Below, piece after piece: positions 1 to 12,309 of a stretch of DNA of 64,000 bases. Source of the stretch: Hemiscyllium ocellatum. Taxonomy: Eukaryota. Made by a program: the position numbers and the translations under genes. Location: contig NC_083419.1 of assembly GCF_020745735.1 (NCBI RefSeq), positions 73,734,096 to 73,798,095 on the forward strand. The letters run 5' to 3'. A model generated the notes under the pieces. The model had not been told where the DNA came from and searched no databases. It saw only the letters and a program-made list of their open reading frames with translations. How positions within the stretch are numbered: the stretch's first letter is position 1; every line of letters starts with the position of its first letter.

Positions 1-339
1 CAGAAGTGAGATGGGTGGCTTGCTGCTGGCACATAGAAACAGGAAGTAGTGTGCCAGCTGAGAATGATACACCAGGCGTTACTTTCTGTAATATCAGCAC
101 AAACAGTCTTCCTACCTCTGAGGGTGAACACACACTGGCAGTGTCAAGAACAAACGGACAGATTGCTTTTGGTCTCAACATTGTATTCAATTCCATTCCC
201 ATTTTCCAGGATTAAACAGAAGAGACAAAAGATTATTTTAGCTAGAGTAAATTATCTGTCAGAGAGATAAGAAGAGTTACCATCGGGTGGAAGGAGCTAA
301 ATGACAATATGAAGTTTCACTCATAAACCTATGTTTAAA

Positions 340-1010
340 AGTAGAAAGCTTGAGGGAAGTTAATAAGTAAATGTAAGAGACAGCATTCATTAAAAGTTGG
401 AATTGTAAGGTTTAAGCAATAAAATTCAGCATGGCTTTTGTGGAAGTGATATCATGTCGGAAGTGGAGCGTGCTCTTCCAGCACCACTAATCCAGAATCT
501 GGTTTCCAGCATCTGCCGTCATTGTCTTTCCCTCATATCGGAAGTGGTTGATTCTGTTTTGCGGAGAGGCAATAAGATGTGTCATCGGGTGTAAAAAAAG
601 GTGTATGTAATGCTTCTTGACTTCAATCAGGTTTTTGACCAGATTTTGCATCTTCAATATGGTAAGGATTCATGGGATCTGGTGCAGTTTGTCAAATGCA
701 TCGAAGGTTTATTTGTTGGCAGAAGGTAATGGTTGAAGGTAGTCATTGTGAAGATATCTTGTGTCCAGTGGCTTACTATTTGACTTGGTGCTGGATCCTT
801 TGCTATTTGCAGCGTATATGAACAGTCTAGTCAACAATGTAGCAATTTTGATCAGTAAGTTCAAAGATGAGGTGAAAAACGTTTGGTTTTGCAATTAATG
901 AGGAGGAAAGTTAGTGTGACATCGATGACCTTGCCTGTTAGAGAGAAAAATTGAAAACAGAACATTATATCCTAAAGTCTGTGAAGTAAAGCATTTTCAA
1001 GTCTAACAAA
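340..1010 (+). mobile_element. Degraded CR1-type LINE reverse transcriptase fragments
   Basis: Decayed RT motif remnants (gacttcaatcaggtttttgac, D-F-x-K-A-F-D-like; gtaagttcaaagatga, SKFADD-like) resembling the other CR1 copies in the window. Confidence 0.55.
467..532 (+). mobile_element. Short PLE 3'-end insertion with 15-bp TSD
   Basis: Same tail family as 53284-53438; flanked by TCATGTCGGAAGTGG (452-466) and TCATATCGGAAGTGG (533-547). Confidence 0.7.
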
Positions 1011-1084
1011 TTAAGCGAATATACGATGCATTGTTGGAATCTACACATAAAAAGGATAAGCAATCTTCTGTTGTGCATATCCAC

Positions 1085-1395
1085 ATTCCTGCCTCAGGTG
1101 ACTGACTGCGCGGAGTTCGCACGTTCCCCCCGTGTGTGCGTGGGTTTCCTCCGGGTGCTCTGGTTTCCTTCCACAGTCCAAAGATGTGCGGGTCAGGTGA
1201 GTTGGCCACGCTAAATTGCCCGTAGTGTTAGGTAAGGGGGAAATGTAGGAGTATGGGTGGGTTGCGCTTCAACGGGTCGGTGTGGACTTGTTGGTCAGAA
1301 GGGCCTGTTTCCACACTAAGTAATCTAATCTAATCTAATCTAATCTAATCTAATCTAATCTAATCTAATCTAATCTAATCTAACCTAATCTAATC
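1085..1395 (+). mobile_element. HE1/V-SINE-like tRNA-derived SINE, 5'-truncated
   Basis: V-SINE core gtgggtttcctccgggtgctctggtttcc; CR1-like 3' end gaagggcctgtttccacact; (TAATC)n tail. Confidence 0.85.
1319..1395 (+). repeat. (TAATC)n SINE tail microsatellite
   Basis: About 15 tandem TAATC units. Confidence 0.95.
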
Positions 1396-2079
1396 ATGGA
1401 GTGGGGGGTTGAAGTTATAGTCTGGAGATATTGTGGCTAGACCATAAATTCAGGAAACTCGGGTCTGAGCCCACAGTGCTGCCACATCAAGTCGTGAATT
1501 AAAGTTGATAATAAAACAACTCATTGAAGGAATAAGCTCCACAGATATCCCCGTGCTCTGCTTTGGATAGCACAACATATCAGCGCAAACGTTAAGGCTG
1601 AAGCAATCACAGCAATCTTCAGCCAGAATTGCCAATTGTCTGATCCATCTTGACATCTTCCATAGATCACCAATATTACAGATACCTGTCTTCAGGGCAT
1701 TCGCTTCTCTCCATGTGAAATCAAGACACTGTCGGGCGGTGGGCACTGGTTACTGCAAATGCTATGGAGCCTGACAAAATTCTGGCAATAATACTGATGG
1801 CTCGTGCTAGCCAAGCACTCCCAGTACAGCTACAACACTGGCATGGACAATGTGGAAAATATGCCAGGCACGTCCTGTGTACAGAAAATAGGTCAAACCA
1901 CCCTGGGAAATTACTGCTCCATCAGTCCATGCTCAATCATGAGTTAGGTGTAGGAAGGTGCTTTCAACAGTGCTGTCAAGCAGTACTGGCTCTGTAATAA
2001 CCTGCTCGGTGGCATAAAATGTGGGTTACGCAAGGCATTCTCAGCTCATGACTGAATTACAGACTTGATTTAAACATGG

Positions 2080-2305
2080 CTTAAAAATGTGTTCCTGGAA
2101 AAGCGCAGCAGGTCAGCAGCATCAAAGGAGCAGGAGAATCAACGTTTCAGCCATAAGCTCTTCTGAAGCCTGATTCCTGAAGAAGGGCTTATGCCCGAAA
2201 CGTTGATCCTCCTACTCCTTTGATGCTGCCTGACCTGCTGCACTTTTCCAGCAACACATTTTTAAGTTCTGATCTCAAGCATCTGCGGTCCTCACTTTCT
2301 CCTAG
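2080..2305. mobile_element. Fold-back PLE-end insertion with 15-bp TSD
   Basis: Left arm is the reverse complement of the right arm; TSD TTGATTTAAACATGG at 2065-2079 and 2306-2320. Confidence 0.85.
2173..2208 (+). ncRNA. Minimal type I hammerhead ribozyme motif (PLE-associated)
   Basis: attc CTGAAGA a GGGC ttat GCCC GAAAC GTT gatc: CUGANGA core, 4-bp stem II, GAAA, palindromic ACGT stem III. Confidence 0.75.
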
Positions 2306-2505
2306 TTGATTTAAACATGGACAAAGAACTGAATTCTAGAAATGAGGGGAGATTGGCAGCCCATCACATTAAGGTCACATTCGACTGAGTGTGACATAAT
2401 GGAGTCTTATAGGAGAAAGTAAGGACTGCAGATGCTGGAGATCAGAGCTGAAAATCTGTTGCTGGTTAAAGCGCAGCAGGACAGGCAGCATCCAAGAAAC
2501 AGGAA

Positions 2506-2541
2506 ATTTGACGTTTCGGGCAAAAGCCCTTCATCAGGAAT
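2506..2541 (-). ncRNA. Minimal type I hammerhead ribozyme motif
   Basis: Minus strand reads attc CTGATGA a GGGC tttt GCCC GAAAC GTC aaat. Confidence 0.8.
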
Positions 2542-2561
2542 TCGACGTTTCCGGTAAAAGC

Positions 2562-2597
2562 CCTCCTGATGAAGGGCTTTTGCCCGAAACGTCGAAT
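2562..2597 (+). ncRNA. Minimal type I hammerhead ribozyme motif
   Basis: CTGATGA (2566-2572) a GGGC tttt GCCC GAAAC GTC gaat; 5' strand of stem I is altered at the fold-back junction. Confidence 0.8.
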
Positions 2598-3401
2598 TTC
2601 CTGTTCCTTGGATGCTGCCTGACCTGCTGCGCTTTAACCAGCAACACATTTTCAGCTATAACGGAGTCTTAGCAAAACTGGATTCAATGGGTATCAGGTG
2701 ACAAACTCCCTGCTGCCTGCAGTCAGACCTCACACATTGGAAGGTGGCTCTGCTTGTTAGAGGGCAGTCGTCTCAGCCAAAGCAAATCTCTGTTGGAGTT
2801 CATAAAGAAAGTGTCCTTAGCCCAATCATGTTCAGCTGCTTCAGCAATGACTTTCCCTCCATCAGAAGGTCAGAAGTGAAAACTGCATTGATCTAGCATT
2901 TTTTTTTGTGACTGCTCAGTCCACATTCAAACGCAACAAAATCTGGACAACTTCCAGACTTGAGCTGACAAGTGGCAAATAGCATTCACACCACAAAACT
3001 GCGAGACAATGACCATTGACAATAAGAGACAATCTAACCAAAACTCCTTAATATTCAATAGTGTTGCCATCACTGAATCCCTCACCATCGACATCCTGGG
3101 TTTTATTCTTCTGAAATATTGAGCTGGACACTCCATATAAATAAAATGGTTGTAAGAGCAGGCCAGAGGCTAGGAATACTGCAGAGAGTAACTCACCCTC
3201 TTGACTTGCAAAGCCAATCGAATGTCTAAAAGACAGAAATCAGGAAGGAAATAGCACAGCTCGACCTTTGACTGGATAGGAGCACCTTCAACTGCACTCA
3301 AGAAGCTAGGCATTGTCCAGGACAAAGCATCCCACTTGATCAGCAGCACATCCACAAGCGTCCATTGCCTCCAAATCTGATGCTTAGTACCTGCCGTATG
3401 C

Positions 3402-3492
3402 TGAAAAATGTGCAGCTGAAAAGCGCAGCAGGTCAGGTATCATCCAAGGAGCAGGAGAATCAACGTTTCGGGCATAAGCCCTTCTTCAGGCA
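3402..3492 (-). mobile_element. 91-bp hammerhead-bearing PLE-end insertion with 14-bp TSD
   Basis: TACCTGCCGTATGC at 3388-3401 and 3493-3506; minus strand CTGAAGA a GGGC ttat GCCC GAAAC GTT gatt. Confidence 0.85.
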
Positions 3493-4137
3493 TACCTGCC
3501 GTATGCACTATCTAAAATACTGCACTACTGTAACTTAGCCACTTCCTTACACAGTACCTTCCCACTACCACTTGCATCTCGATGGATAAAAACAACAGAT
3601 ACATGGGAACAACACCAGTGTAGGCTCCTCTCTAAACCACTCGGCATCCTGACATGGAAATATATCATCGATCCTTTACTGTAACTGGGTCAAAATCTGG
3701 AATTCCCTTCCTCAGGACATTTTGGAACATGTTATTTCAGAAAGGCAGCTTTCTGCCATCTTTAGAAGGACACCTACTGACAACTAAAAGCAACCACTGT
3801 GTTCCATGAGTCAATAAAAAAAATCATTGAAGCTAACATGACAGTTTGATAAAGTGGTTGAGGAGGCATGATGCGTATGTAATAAGCAATCAAAAGGTTT
3901 GGAGTAAAATTCCAGAATCAGTCCCTACCATGGTAACTTCAATTAATGAAAGAGTATGAAATGAAATTGCTAGAGAAACGAATGATAATCACAGACCTAC
4001 CAAAGGTTTGATGCATGTTACATGGTTCAGTATTGTCCTTCAGAGGATGACGTCTGACCTTCCTACCTGGCCTGCCCTACCTGTCCAACAAAAAGGCGAT
4101 GGTTCCTTTCATGTGACGAACCTGACTAAGAAACCCA

Positions 4138-4355
4138 TCTGGAGAAAATGAGGACTGCAGGTGCTGGAGATCAGAGTTGAGAGTGTAGTGCTGGAAACGC
4201 ACAGCAGGTCAGGCAGCATCTAAGGAGCAGGAGAATCAACGTTCCAGGCATAACAGCTTCGTCAGGTATCTTAATGAAGGTATTATGCCCGAAACGTCGA
4301 TTCTCCTGTTCCTTGGATGCTGCCTGACCTGCTGTACTTTTCCAGCACTAGTCTC
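4138..4355. mobile_element. Older fold-back PLE-end insertion with degenerate hammerheads
   Basis: Inverted arms meet at decayed cores (ttaatgaaggtattatgcccgaaacgtcg); possible eroded TSD 4124-4137 / 4356-4369 (11 of 14 match). Confidence 0.75.
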
Positions 4356-6669
4356 GACTGAGAAGCCAATTAGTTGTAATAAAGCTTATTAAGAAAGATC
4401 AACCATAATTAGCCGAGCAAGATGGCAGGCCTTAAAAAAGGTAGCTGATGACCACCTTTTTGGGATATGTGACTAACATTTTCATAATTGAATGAAGAAT
4501 TCAAAAAATGCAAATTACGGTGAGTCAGGCTGTTCAGACAGAGTCTGATACATATTTTAGATTGGTGATTGGATGCAAAGTCTCCTGCTATGTTGTTGTG
4601 AACAACAAGAGAGTTCTTGCCAGAATTGCACTCCAATATTTGTTTATGATGTAAAGTGTCAGATTTATTGCATTTCTGTTTGTGACCGCTTTCTGTGCAT
4701 TTCCAACATTAGGATCATAGTGATGATATCACGAGACCAGTATGCCCAAACTTCAGTTTGATGTTGAATGGCCAGGGTTTGGAATACCATCGTTTGCCCA
4801 GGGTGAAATTAGAATTTAAAGAAATCCTGGAATTGGAAAGAAAGCCAAATGGTGGCCATTAACCCAACACAATGGAAAAATACAAAAACAGCTGGTTCAC
4901 GAATGACAAGGCATCTGTCAACTTTACATGGTCTGGCCGACATGAGATTCCAGACTTACTGTGTTCTGCAGTGGCTTTAGCAAGCTATGCAATGGGCAAA
5001 TGGGGATAGGGACTCATTGCTGACCCTTACCATTAAGTAATACGTGTATCAAAACCTCGCAACAGCTATATGAATTAAATGTAATTGTTGCGGCAGTTCC
5101 TGATGTCATTTCAATTATTTCACGTGAACATTCTAAATTTTCAGAATTTTCAGAACTGAATTGTTAAACTAAATAAAAGATTTAAATTGATAATCTTTCA
5201 GAAATAAATAAAATCTGTTGCAACTCTCTTCATAAATTTGTATTCACTTCTGCAAATGGTCAACATTCTTAAAATAAACTTGTTTCGATTTGAAACTTAC
5301 CAATAAATCACTTTGTTCATCTGGCTTTGCTGCCATCATCACTTCCTTGAAGCCAATTTAGCATTTATGTAAATAAACACATTAATAGAATTCTCAGAAT
5401 AGACTACAGAACCAAAAAACCCGAATTTACATTCCCCACAAGCACAGCACATGAATTGTGGAAAAAATGCAAATAACTCAATGGACTTTTAGTACATAAG
5501 TTGTATGATCGTTGAATGACAGAAATATCAATTGTCCTGTTTAGTCAAAAAAACTATAATTAAGAGATACATTGGCACAACTAATATTTCTATCTCTCTT
5601 TTTTCTCTCTTCCCCTCCTGCCTTCCCCTTTTTTTCTTCATAGCTGATGCCTTGTTTTGCCTCTCCACAATCAGACAATGTTTTCCTCAATAACATGAAG
5701 CCAACACCTCACCAACATATCCTGTCAGCCAAATACGTCCATTTCTTTTGAGAGATTTGAGTCAGTACAACCAGATTTTCTCAAAAATCTGTCTGAGTAT
5801 TGAGTGATCTGGAAATGCTTGATCGGAATGACGCTGCAAGACTTTACTGTGATGGTGTTTTCATTGTATCTCAGCAGTATTATTCTTGGCTGAGGAATGT
5901 GTAATGCTTCAGTGCAATGCTTGTTTAGTATATAATTAACTTTTGCTGCACATCTCATGGAATGTTTAATACTGTTGACGGCGATTTATTCTGTATGAAC
6001 TTTGCGTTGTACCTACTCTGGGAGGGTATTTTTCGGGAATCCTGGATGCAGCTCTACTCTGTGTCTGAACCAAAGTATATTTAACATAATTGCATTGGAC
6101 AGTACAATATAGAGGGAGATTTACCCAGCACATTACATGAGCTGTACAATCACAGAAAACATTTGATGTAGCCGTGTAAAGGGGCTTGGACTCCTACCCA
6201 CTGTCTTTCTGATTTTGAATTGCTTGATACCAGAATAAAAAGGGAACCACACTATGCATCGCAACTTCGTTGTACAAGGAAATTTTCATTTACAGGCACA
6301 GACATACACACACACATTAGCAAATCATCTCTGAGCAACCCTTGCAGTGTTTAATGGATGAGTACTGAGAGAGCTTTAATATGCAATGTGTGTGTATTCC
6401 ATGCAACACATGCCAACAGTGAGTTTGATATGGTAGTTGAAATGTAGTTTAGATCTGTCTTTAACCTTTTCTGTGACAATCATGGTTGTGTTTGACAAAT
6501 ATTCAATAAAACTGGTGGACTCTATGACTATAAATGCAGTCACTGCATTCGAAGCAGAATGCAATGCCGTCAAACAGTGAGAAAGATGATCCCTGTTTTT
6601 TTTCATGATTAGGACGGATTGAAGCAGCTGGGCTTCAAACATGAAATAGACGCTAATTTAGATGAGGCC

Positions 6670-7860
6670 TATATAATTCTGAAAAGACTAACTTAGAGCA
6701 AAGGTCAATGATAGGGTACCAGAAGCAGTCTGTTCAGCCAATGGTGTTTGGTCTTCTAAACAATGACATCATGGCTGAATTGATAATCCTTCACCTCCAC
6801 TTTCCAGCGTTTTAACTGTAAGCATTGATTCAATTACCAAATCAAAACCTGTCCATTTCAGCCTTCAAAATACTGAATGACTCAGCCTCGACAGTCTTCT
6901 GTGGAAACAAATTCCACAGATTCACTGCATTCTAGGAGACAAAATTCTGTTCTGCCCGAAATTTGTGACCTCTAATTCAGAGATTCTACTCCCTGGTCAG
7001 AATCTCTCCCACAAGGGGAAACAACATTTCTGCATTTACACCATCAAGTTTCCTGAAAATAATAGATGTTTCAGAATGTCACTACTGAATTTTCTATGTT
7101 CCATTGAGTATAGGCCCAAACGACTCAATCTCTACTCTCAAGACAATCCCTCCATCCTCAGGATCAGTGAGCTAAACATCGTGTGGATTGTTTCACATTC
7201 CAGTGTACCTTTTCTTTGGTATGAGTCCAAAGAACAATTCACAGTATTCCAGCTGTAGTAAGAATAGAGTTTTGTTTTCAGTTTTAACAAACATTATAGT
7301 CATACAAATATCCAAAACAGAAACAGAACCTTCAGTCCAACTGCACGGACCAGACATCCCAATCTGACTGAGTACCATTTGCCAAACATTTGGCCAATCT
7401 TTCCCTAAATGTTACCTGTTCATACACCCATCCAGGTGCCTGTAAAATGCAGTAATTGAACCCACCTCCACCAATACCACTGGCAGCTTTTTCCAGTCAC
7501 ACACGTGAAAAGGTTACCCCTCAGGTTCTTTTCAAACGGTTCTCCTCTCATCTTAATCTGCTGTCTTCTCGTTTTGGACTCTCCCACTCGAGGAAAAAGG
7601 CCTTGGTTATTCACCATATCAATGCCCCGCATGATTTTATAGGTCTTATTCAGACTACTCCTCAGCCTCCTTTCCTCTTGCTGCAGGAAAAAGAAAAGCC
7701 TCGGCCTATTCAGCCTCACCTTACACCTTAAACACTCCAGTTCCAGCATCATTCTTGGAAATCCTTTCTACACCCTCTCAAGTTTCACAAAATCATTCAT
7801 AGAAATGTTCAGCCAGATTTGTCTAAACGTGGCCTCACAAATGTTCTGTACAGCTGAGAC
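6670..7860 (-). mobile_element. CR1-type LINE 3' fragments
   Basis: Minus ORF 7420-7752 contains KTYKIMRGID...LFPRVGESKTR, typical of the CR1 ORF2 C-terminus. Confidence 0.7.
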
Positions 7861-8084
7861 GTGACATCTCGACTCCTCCACTTAATGTTATGACCAATGA
7901 AGGAAAGCATGCAAAACACTACCTTCCCCATCCTGTGTACCTACAACTCCACTTCCAAGGAATGATGCATCTGCACCCTTTGGTTTCTTGGCTCAGCAAC
8001 ACTCCCCAAGGCCGAGCCATTAATTGTATAAGTCCTGCCCTGGTTTGCCTTACAAAAATGCAACACTTCACATTTATTTAATAA

Positions 8085-9350
8085 AGCATGGGTTCATGAA
8101 AGGCAGGTCATGGCTAACTGATTTATTGGAATTCTTTGAGGTCATAATGAGTGTGGTAGACAATGGGGAACTGTTGAACGTGGTGTATCTGGATTTCTAA
8201 AAGGCTTTGAGCAAGGTACTCCACAAAAGGCTACTGCATAAGGTAAAGATGCACCGTGTTACGGGCAATGCATTAACATGGACAGAAGATTGGTTAACTA
8301 ACAGAATTCAAAAATTGGGGATATATAGGCGTTTTTTTTCTGGTTGGCAATCAGTGGCTAGTGATGTGTCTCAGGGATTAGTGTTGGGACTGCAATTGTT
8401 TACAATTCAGATAGGTTGCTTTGAGTTAGAGACCCAAGTGTAGAGTGTTGTAGTTCGCAGAAGACACTTAAATGAGTGATAGAGCGAAGTGTGCAGAAGG
8501 ATATAGACAGGTTAAGGGAGTGCGCAAGGGTCTGGCAGATGGAGTATAATGTTAGTAAACATGACGTCATCCATTTGGTAGGAATAATATCAAAGTGGAC
8601 TACTTTAAAATAATGAAAAGTTGCAGAATGCTGTTGTGCAGAGAGACCTGGGTGTTCTTGTGCATGAAACACAGAAGTATTGTTTGCAAGTACAGTATCT
8701 AATTAGGAAGACAAATGAAATAATGTCCTTCATTGCCAGTGGATACAGTTTAAAATTAGGACTTCCTGCTGCAGCTGTCTCGGGCGCCGATGTGGCCACG
8801 CCTGGAGTACTCTGTACACTTTTCATCTCCTTACATGAGATGGCCCTGGGGTGGGATTTGCGAAGGAGGTCGACCATGTTGATTCTGAAAATGAGGCGGT
8901 TAGTTTATGAGGAGAGATTGAGCAGACTGGGAATATACTCATTGGAATTTAGAAGGATAGGGGAGTGGGATTGTAAAATTATAAATGGGATAGATAAGAC
9001 AGAAACAGGGAGACTGTTTCCACTGATGGGTGAAATTAGAACTACAGGGCATAGCCTCAAAATGAGGGCAGCAGATTTAGGACTGAGTTGTGGATGAACG
9101 TCTTCACTCAAAGGGTTGTGAATCTGTAGAATTCCCTGCCTAGTGAAGCAGCTGAAGCTAACCTGTTGAATGTTTGAAAGGTGAAGATAGATTTTTGAAC
9201 AGTAAAGGAATGAAGGGTTATAGTGAGCGGGTGGGTACGTGGAGCCTCAGTCCATTGAAATATGACCCATGATGTTATTTGAAAGGCAGAGCAGACTCAT
9301 GGGGTCAGATCGTATTTCTTATGTTCGAATGTTGTTGTGTTCTAACAGGC
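8085..9350 (+). mobile_element. CR1-type LINE, 5'-truncated RT C-terminus and 3' UTR
   Basis: QRDLGVLVH, YEERLSRLGIYSLEFRR motifs (ORF 8621-9097); ends in ttcttatgttc-type tail. Confidence 0.85.
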
Positions 9351-9489
9351 CTCTAATCCAAATTGTAATGCTCTCTGACTACTAAATAAAAACTGAAATA
9401 ACTGTGGATGTTGTGTATCAGAAACAAAAACAGAAATTGCTGGATATGCTCACAAGATCTGGCAGCATCTCTGGCGTGAAAGGCTCACC

Positions 9490-11235
9490 AGTTTATGGTT
9501 GTCTGGCTTTACCATACAACTTTCTTCAATAATGCCACCACAATATTTACTCTCCAGACTTCTGACATCTCATCTATGATTATCAACGATACAAATATCT
9601 CAGCAAGGGGTCCAGGAATCTCTTCCCTAGCTTCCCACAAAGTTCTGGGAAATACCTAATCAGGTCTCCTGGATTTATTTCCATTCTTCTGATTTAAGTT
9701 CTCCAACACCTCCTCTTCTGTAAGATGAACTCATTTTAAGATTTCATTATTTATTTCCTAATCTCCTTAGCTCCCATGCTCCTATCTACTGTAAATATTG
9801 ATGCAAAATATTTCCTTAGTTTCTCAGCCATCTCCTGTGTTTCCACACATAGAAAGCCATGTTGATCTTTAACGGGTTAGATTCTCTCCTTAGTTATTCT
9901 TTCAAACTTAACATAATTTTAGAATCTTTTTGGATTCTTCTTAGTTCTATTTGCCAATGCAATTTCATGTCCCTCTTGTGCCCTCATGATTTCCTGTTTA
10001 AGTATACTCCTACTGCCCTTATACCCTTCTCAGTATTCACTTGATCCCAGCTGTCTATATCTGACGTATGTCCCGTTCATTTTCTGGACAGGAGTATCAA
10101 TTTTCCTTGTCATCGAGCTTTTCCCATGCCTTGCTCTTCACACAAGTGGGAACATACCATCACTGAACTCTCATTGTCTCATCCTTAAAGGCCTCTCACT
10201 TGTCAACAGCCCCTTTACCTGTGAATAACCTCCCCCAACCAACTTCTCAAATTCTAATATCATTCAAAGTGGCCAGACTCCAATATGGAACATTCATTTT
10301 TGAATAAGTTCTATCCTTTCTCATCATTATTATTAAACAAATAGAATTATGATCACTTTCCCTGAAGCGTGCCCCTATGATCACCTCAGTCACTTGCCAT
10401 GCCTTGGTTCCCAACAGAAGGTCAAGTATTGTGCACTCTCTAGTAGGTGCATCAACTGATTAAATAACAAATTTTTCTTGTACACACTTAACCGATTTCT
10501 CCCCATTCCAAGATCTTAAAACTATCCCAAACTCTGTTTGGAAAGTTAAAATTCCCTACTATCCTCCTTTTTTCTTACAGATAGCTGTGACCACCTTTCA
10601 TCTGCGCGTGTGAATTTCCCACTGATTATGAGGAGAGCCATTTTCCAATCCCAGCAAGGTCATCACCTCTTTCTTATATTTAAGTTTCATCCATATAACT
10701 TCACTGGGCAATCTCCAAGGAATATCCTCTCTACATCCAGCCATAATCTTCTGACTAACCAAAAATACCACTCCTCCTCTCTTGCTCCCCTGTCCATACA
10801 TTCTATCGTATCTATATCCTGGAACATTAAGCTGCCAGTCCTGTTCATCACTGAGCCACGTTTCCCTAATGGTAATGATATCCTTGTCCCACATTCCAAT
10901 CTATGCCCCAAGTTCATCTGTCTCACATGTCAGGCCTCTAGCATCGAAGTAAATGCAATTTCGAAGTCTTACCTCGCTCTTGCCAAAATGTTGTCTGCCT
11001 TGACTCTTATATTTGCTGACCTCATCTCACCTCAAAAATTTTTCTTTTCTCACTATCTTGTTGGTTCCCAACACCTCTCTTACTAGTTTAAAACCTTCAG
11101 CATACTGCTAGCAAATTGGTCCCCTTCCAATTCAGGTCCCTCTTATACAGGTCATTTCCATCCCTGAAGATATCCCAATGATTGGAAAATGGGAAACCTA
11201 ACGCCTGCAGCAGCTCCTCAGCCACACATTCGCTG
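9490..11235 (-). mobile_element. CR1-type LINE fragment: ORF1 esterase end plus APE endonuclease region
   Basis: DIITIRETWL...WQLNVPGYR (APE-like) in ORFs 10598-10926; GGVVFLV motif. Confidence 0.8.
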
Positions 11236-11349
11236 ATCTATCTGACTGTTTGTACTCTCAATATTCCATTAGTTTTTAAACAAACCCCAACATGACATTT
11301 GCCATCCTTACTGACAGTTGAAATTAAAAGCTAACTTTTTTGTGGTTCG

Positions 11350-12000
11350 GACATGCAGTCTCCCTGTAGATTTCTGAATTCAATCTCTATGTCTATAATA
11401 CTCAGCGTCTCTATCTTGCCCGTTAAAATGCATAATTTCACGGTTTATGTCTGTTCGCATTTATTTCATCCACATTACATTATTATGCAAAGCTCCTTGT
11501 TCACTCACTTGTCCTATCTGTATCCCTCCGAAAACATCTTTTTATGTCATACTCACCACTTGCCTCCTCTCCAATTTTTGTGTCATTCGCAAACTTGCCT
11601 ACAATATATTCACTTTGCTCATCAAAGTCATCAAAATATTTTGTAACTTTTTGTGTCCCCAGAACAGATTTATGTGGTACTCCAAAGATTGGCATCCTGA
11701 AAAATAAAACTCTTAATCAAACTTTTCGGATTGGGATTTCAAAAATACTCTGTCCATGTTAATACAGTATCTCCAAAGCCACGGGCTCCTTTCTTATTCA
11801 GTAATCTTCTGCATGGGTGCTATCAAACACCTTCAGAAAATCAAAACATATTACAATCACGGTTTCCTCCATTTTATCAAATAATTTCAATACATTTATC
11901 AGGCAAGATTTCCATTTTGTAAAGCCATTCTCAGTTTTCTGCTGTAACATCCTTTTTAAAAGACTCCACCATTTTTTCAATAAATGATGTTAAACTAATT
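11350..12000 (-). mobile_element. CR1-type RT fragments
   Basis: GVPHKSVLG, VGKFANDTKIG, DFLKVFD motifs in minus ORFs. Confidence 0.7.
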
Positions 12001-12309
12001 AGTCTCTGTCAATCTTTTTTGAACCTTAACCGTTTTCGAGTGAAGGTGTTGGTTGAAGGATCTACTTTCAGCCCTCACTTCCACCTGCTGGAGAAGCACT
12101 GTCATTGCATCTACTGTGAAAATCTCAACAAAATGTATCTGACGTTCATCTATTGAGAAAGCAATTCCACAAATGTTCTAGATCATCACCTTCTGCTGGC
12201 GTTCCCAGATTTTACGAAGCAACTCATTGAAAGTCAACAGCATTAAACCAAGATCAATATTTGAGCAAAAATATCTCAATTCCTGGCCACGTATTTTTGT
12301 TCACCTCTT

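Larger units (their letters stand above)
2410..2657. mobile_element. Fold-back PLE-end insertion with 14-bp TSD and hammerheads on both strands
   Basis: 2448-2540 is the reverse complement of 2565-2657; TSD ATAATGGAGTCTTA (2396-2409) and ATAACGGAGTCTTA (2658-2671). Confidence 0.85.
1470..3760 (+). mobile_element. Degraded L2/CR1-superfamily LINE ORF2 fragments, host of three PLE-end insertions
   Basis: RT motif remnants (ccatcagtc...ctcaatcat, P-I-S-L-L-S-like; gtccttagcccaatcatgttcagc, VLGPxxF-like); sequence is continuous once the TSD-flanked inserts are removed. Confidence 0.65.

Noticed and set aside
6534-6566. Overlapping short hairpins (AATGCAG-TCA-CTGCATT; TGCATTC-GAAGCA-GAATGCA)
   Set aside because: 7-bp stems in AT-rich DNA are expected by chance; no recognisable RNA family
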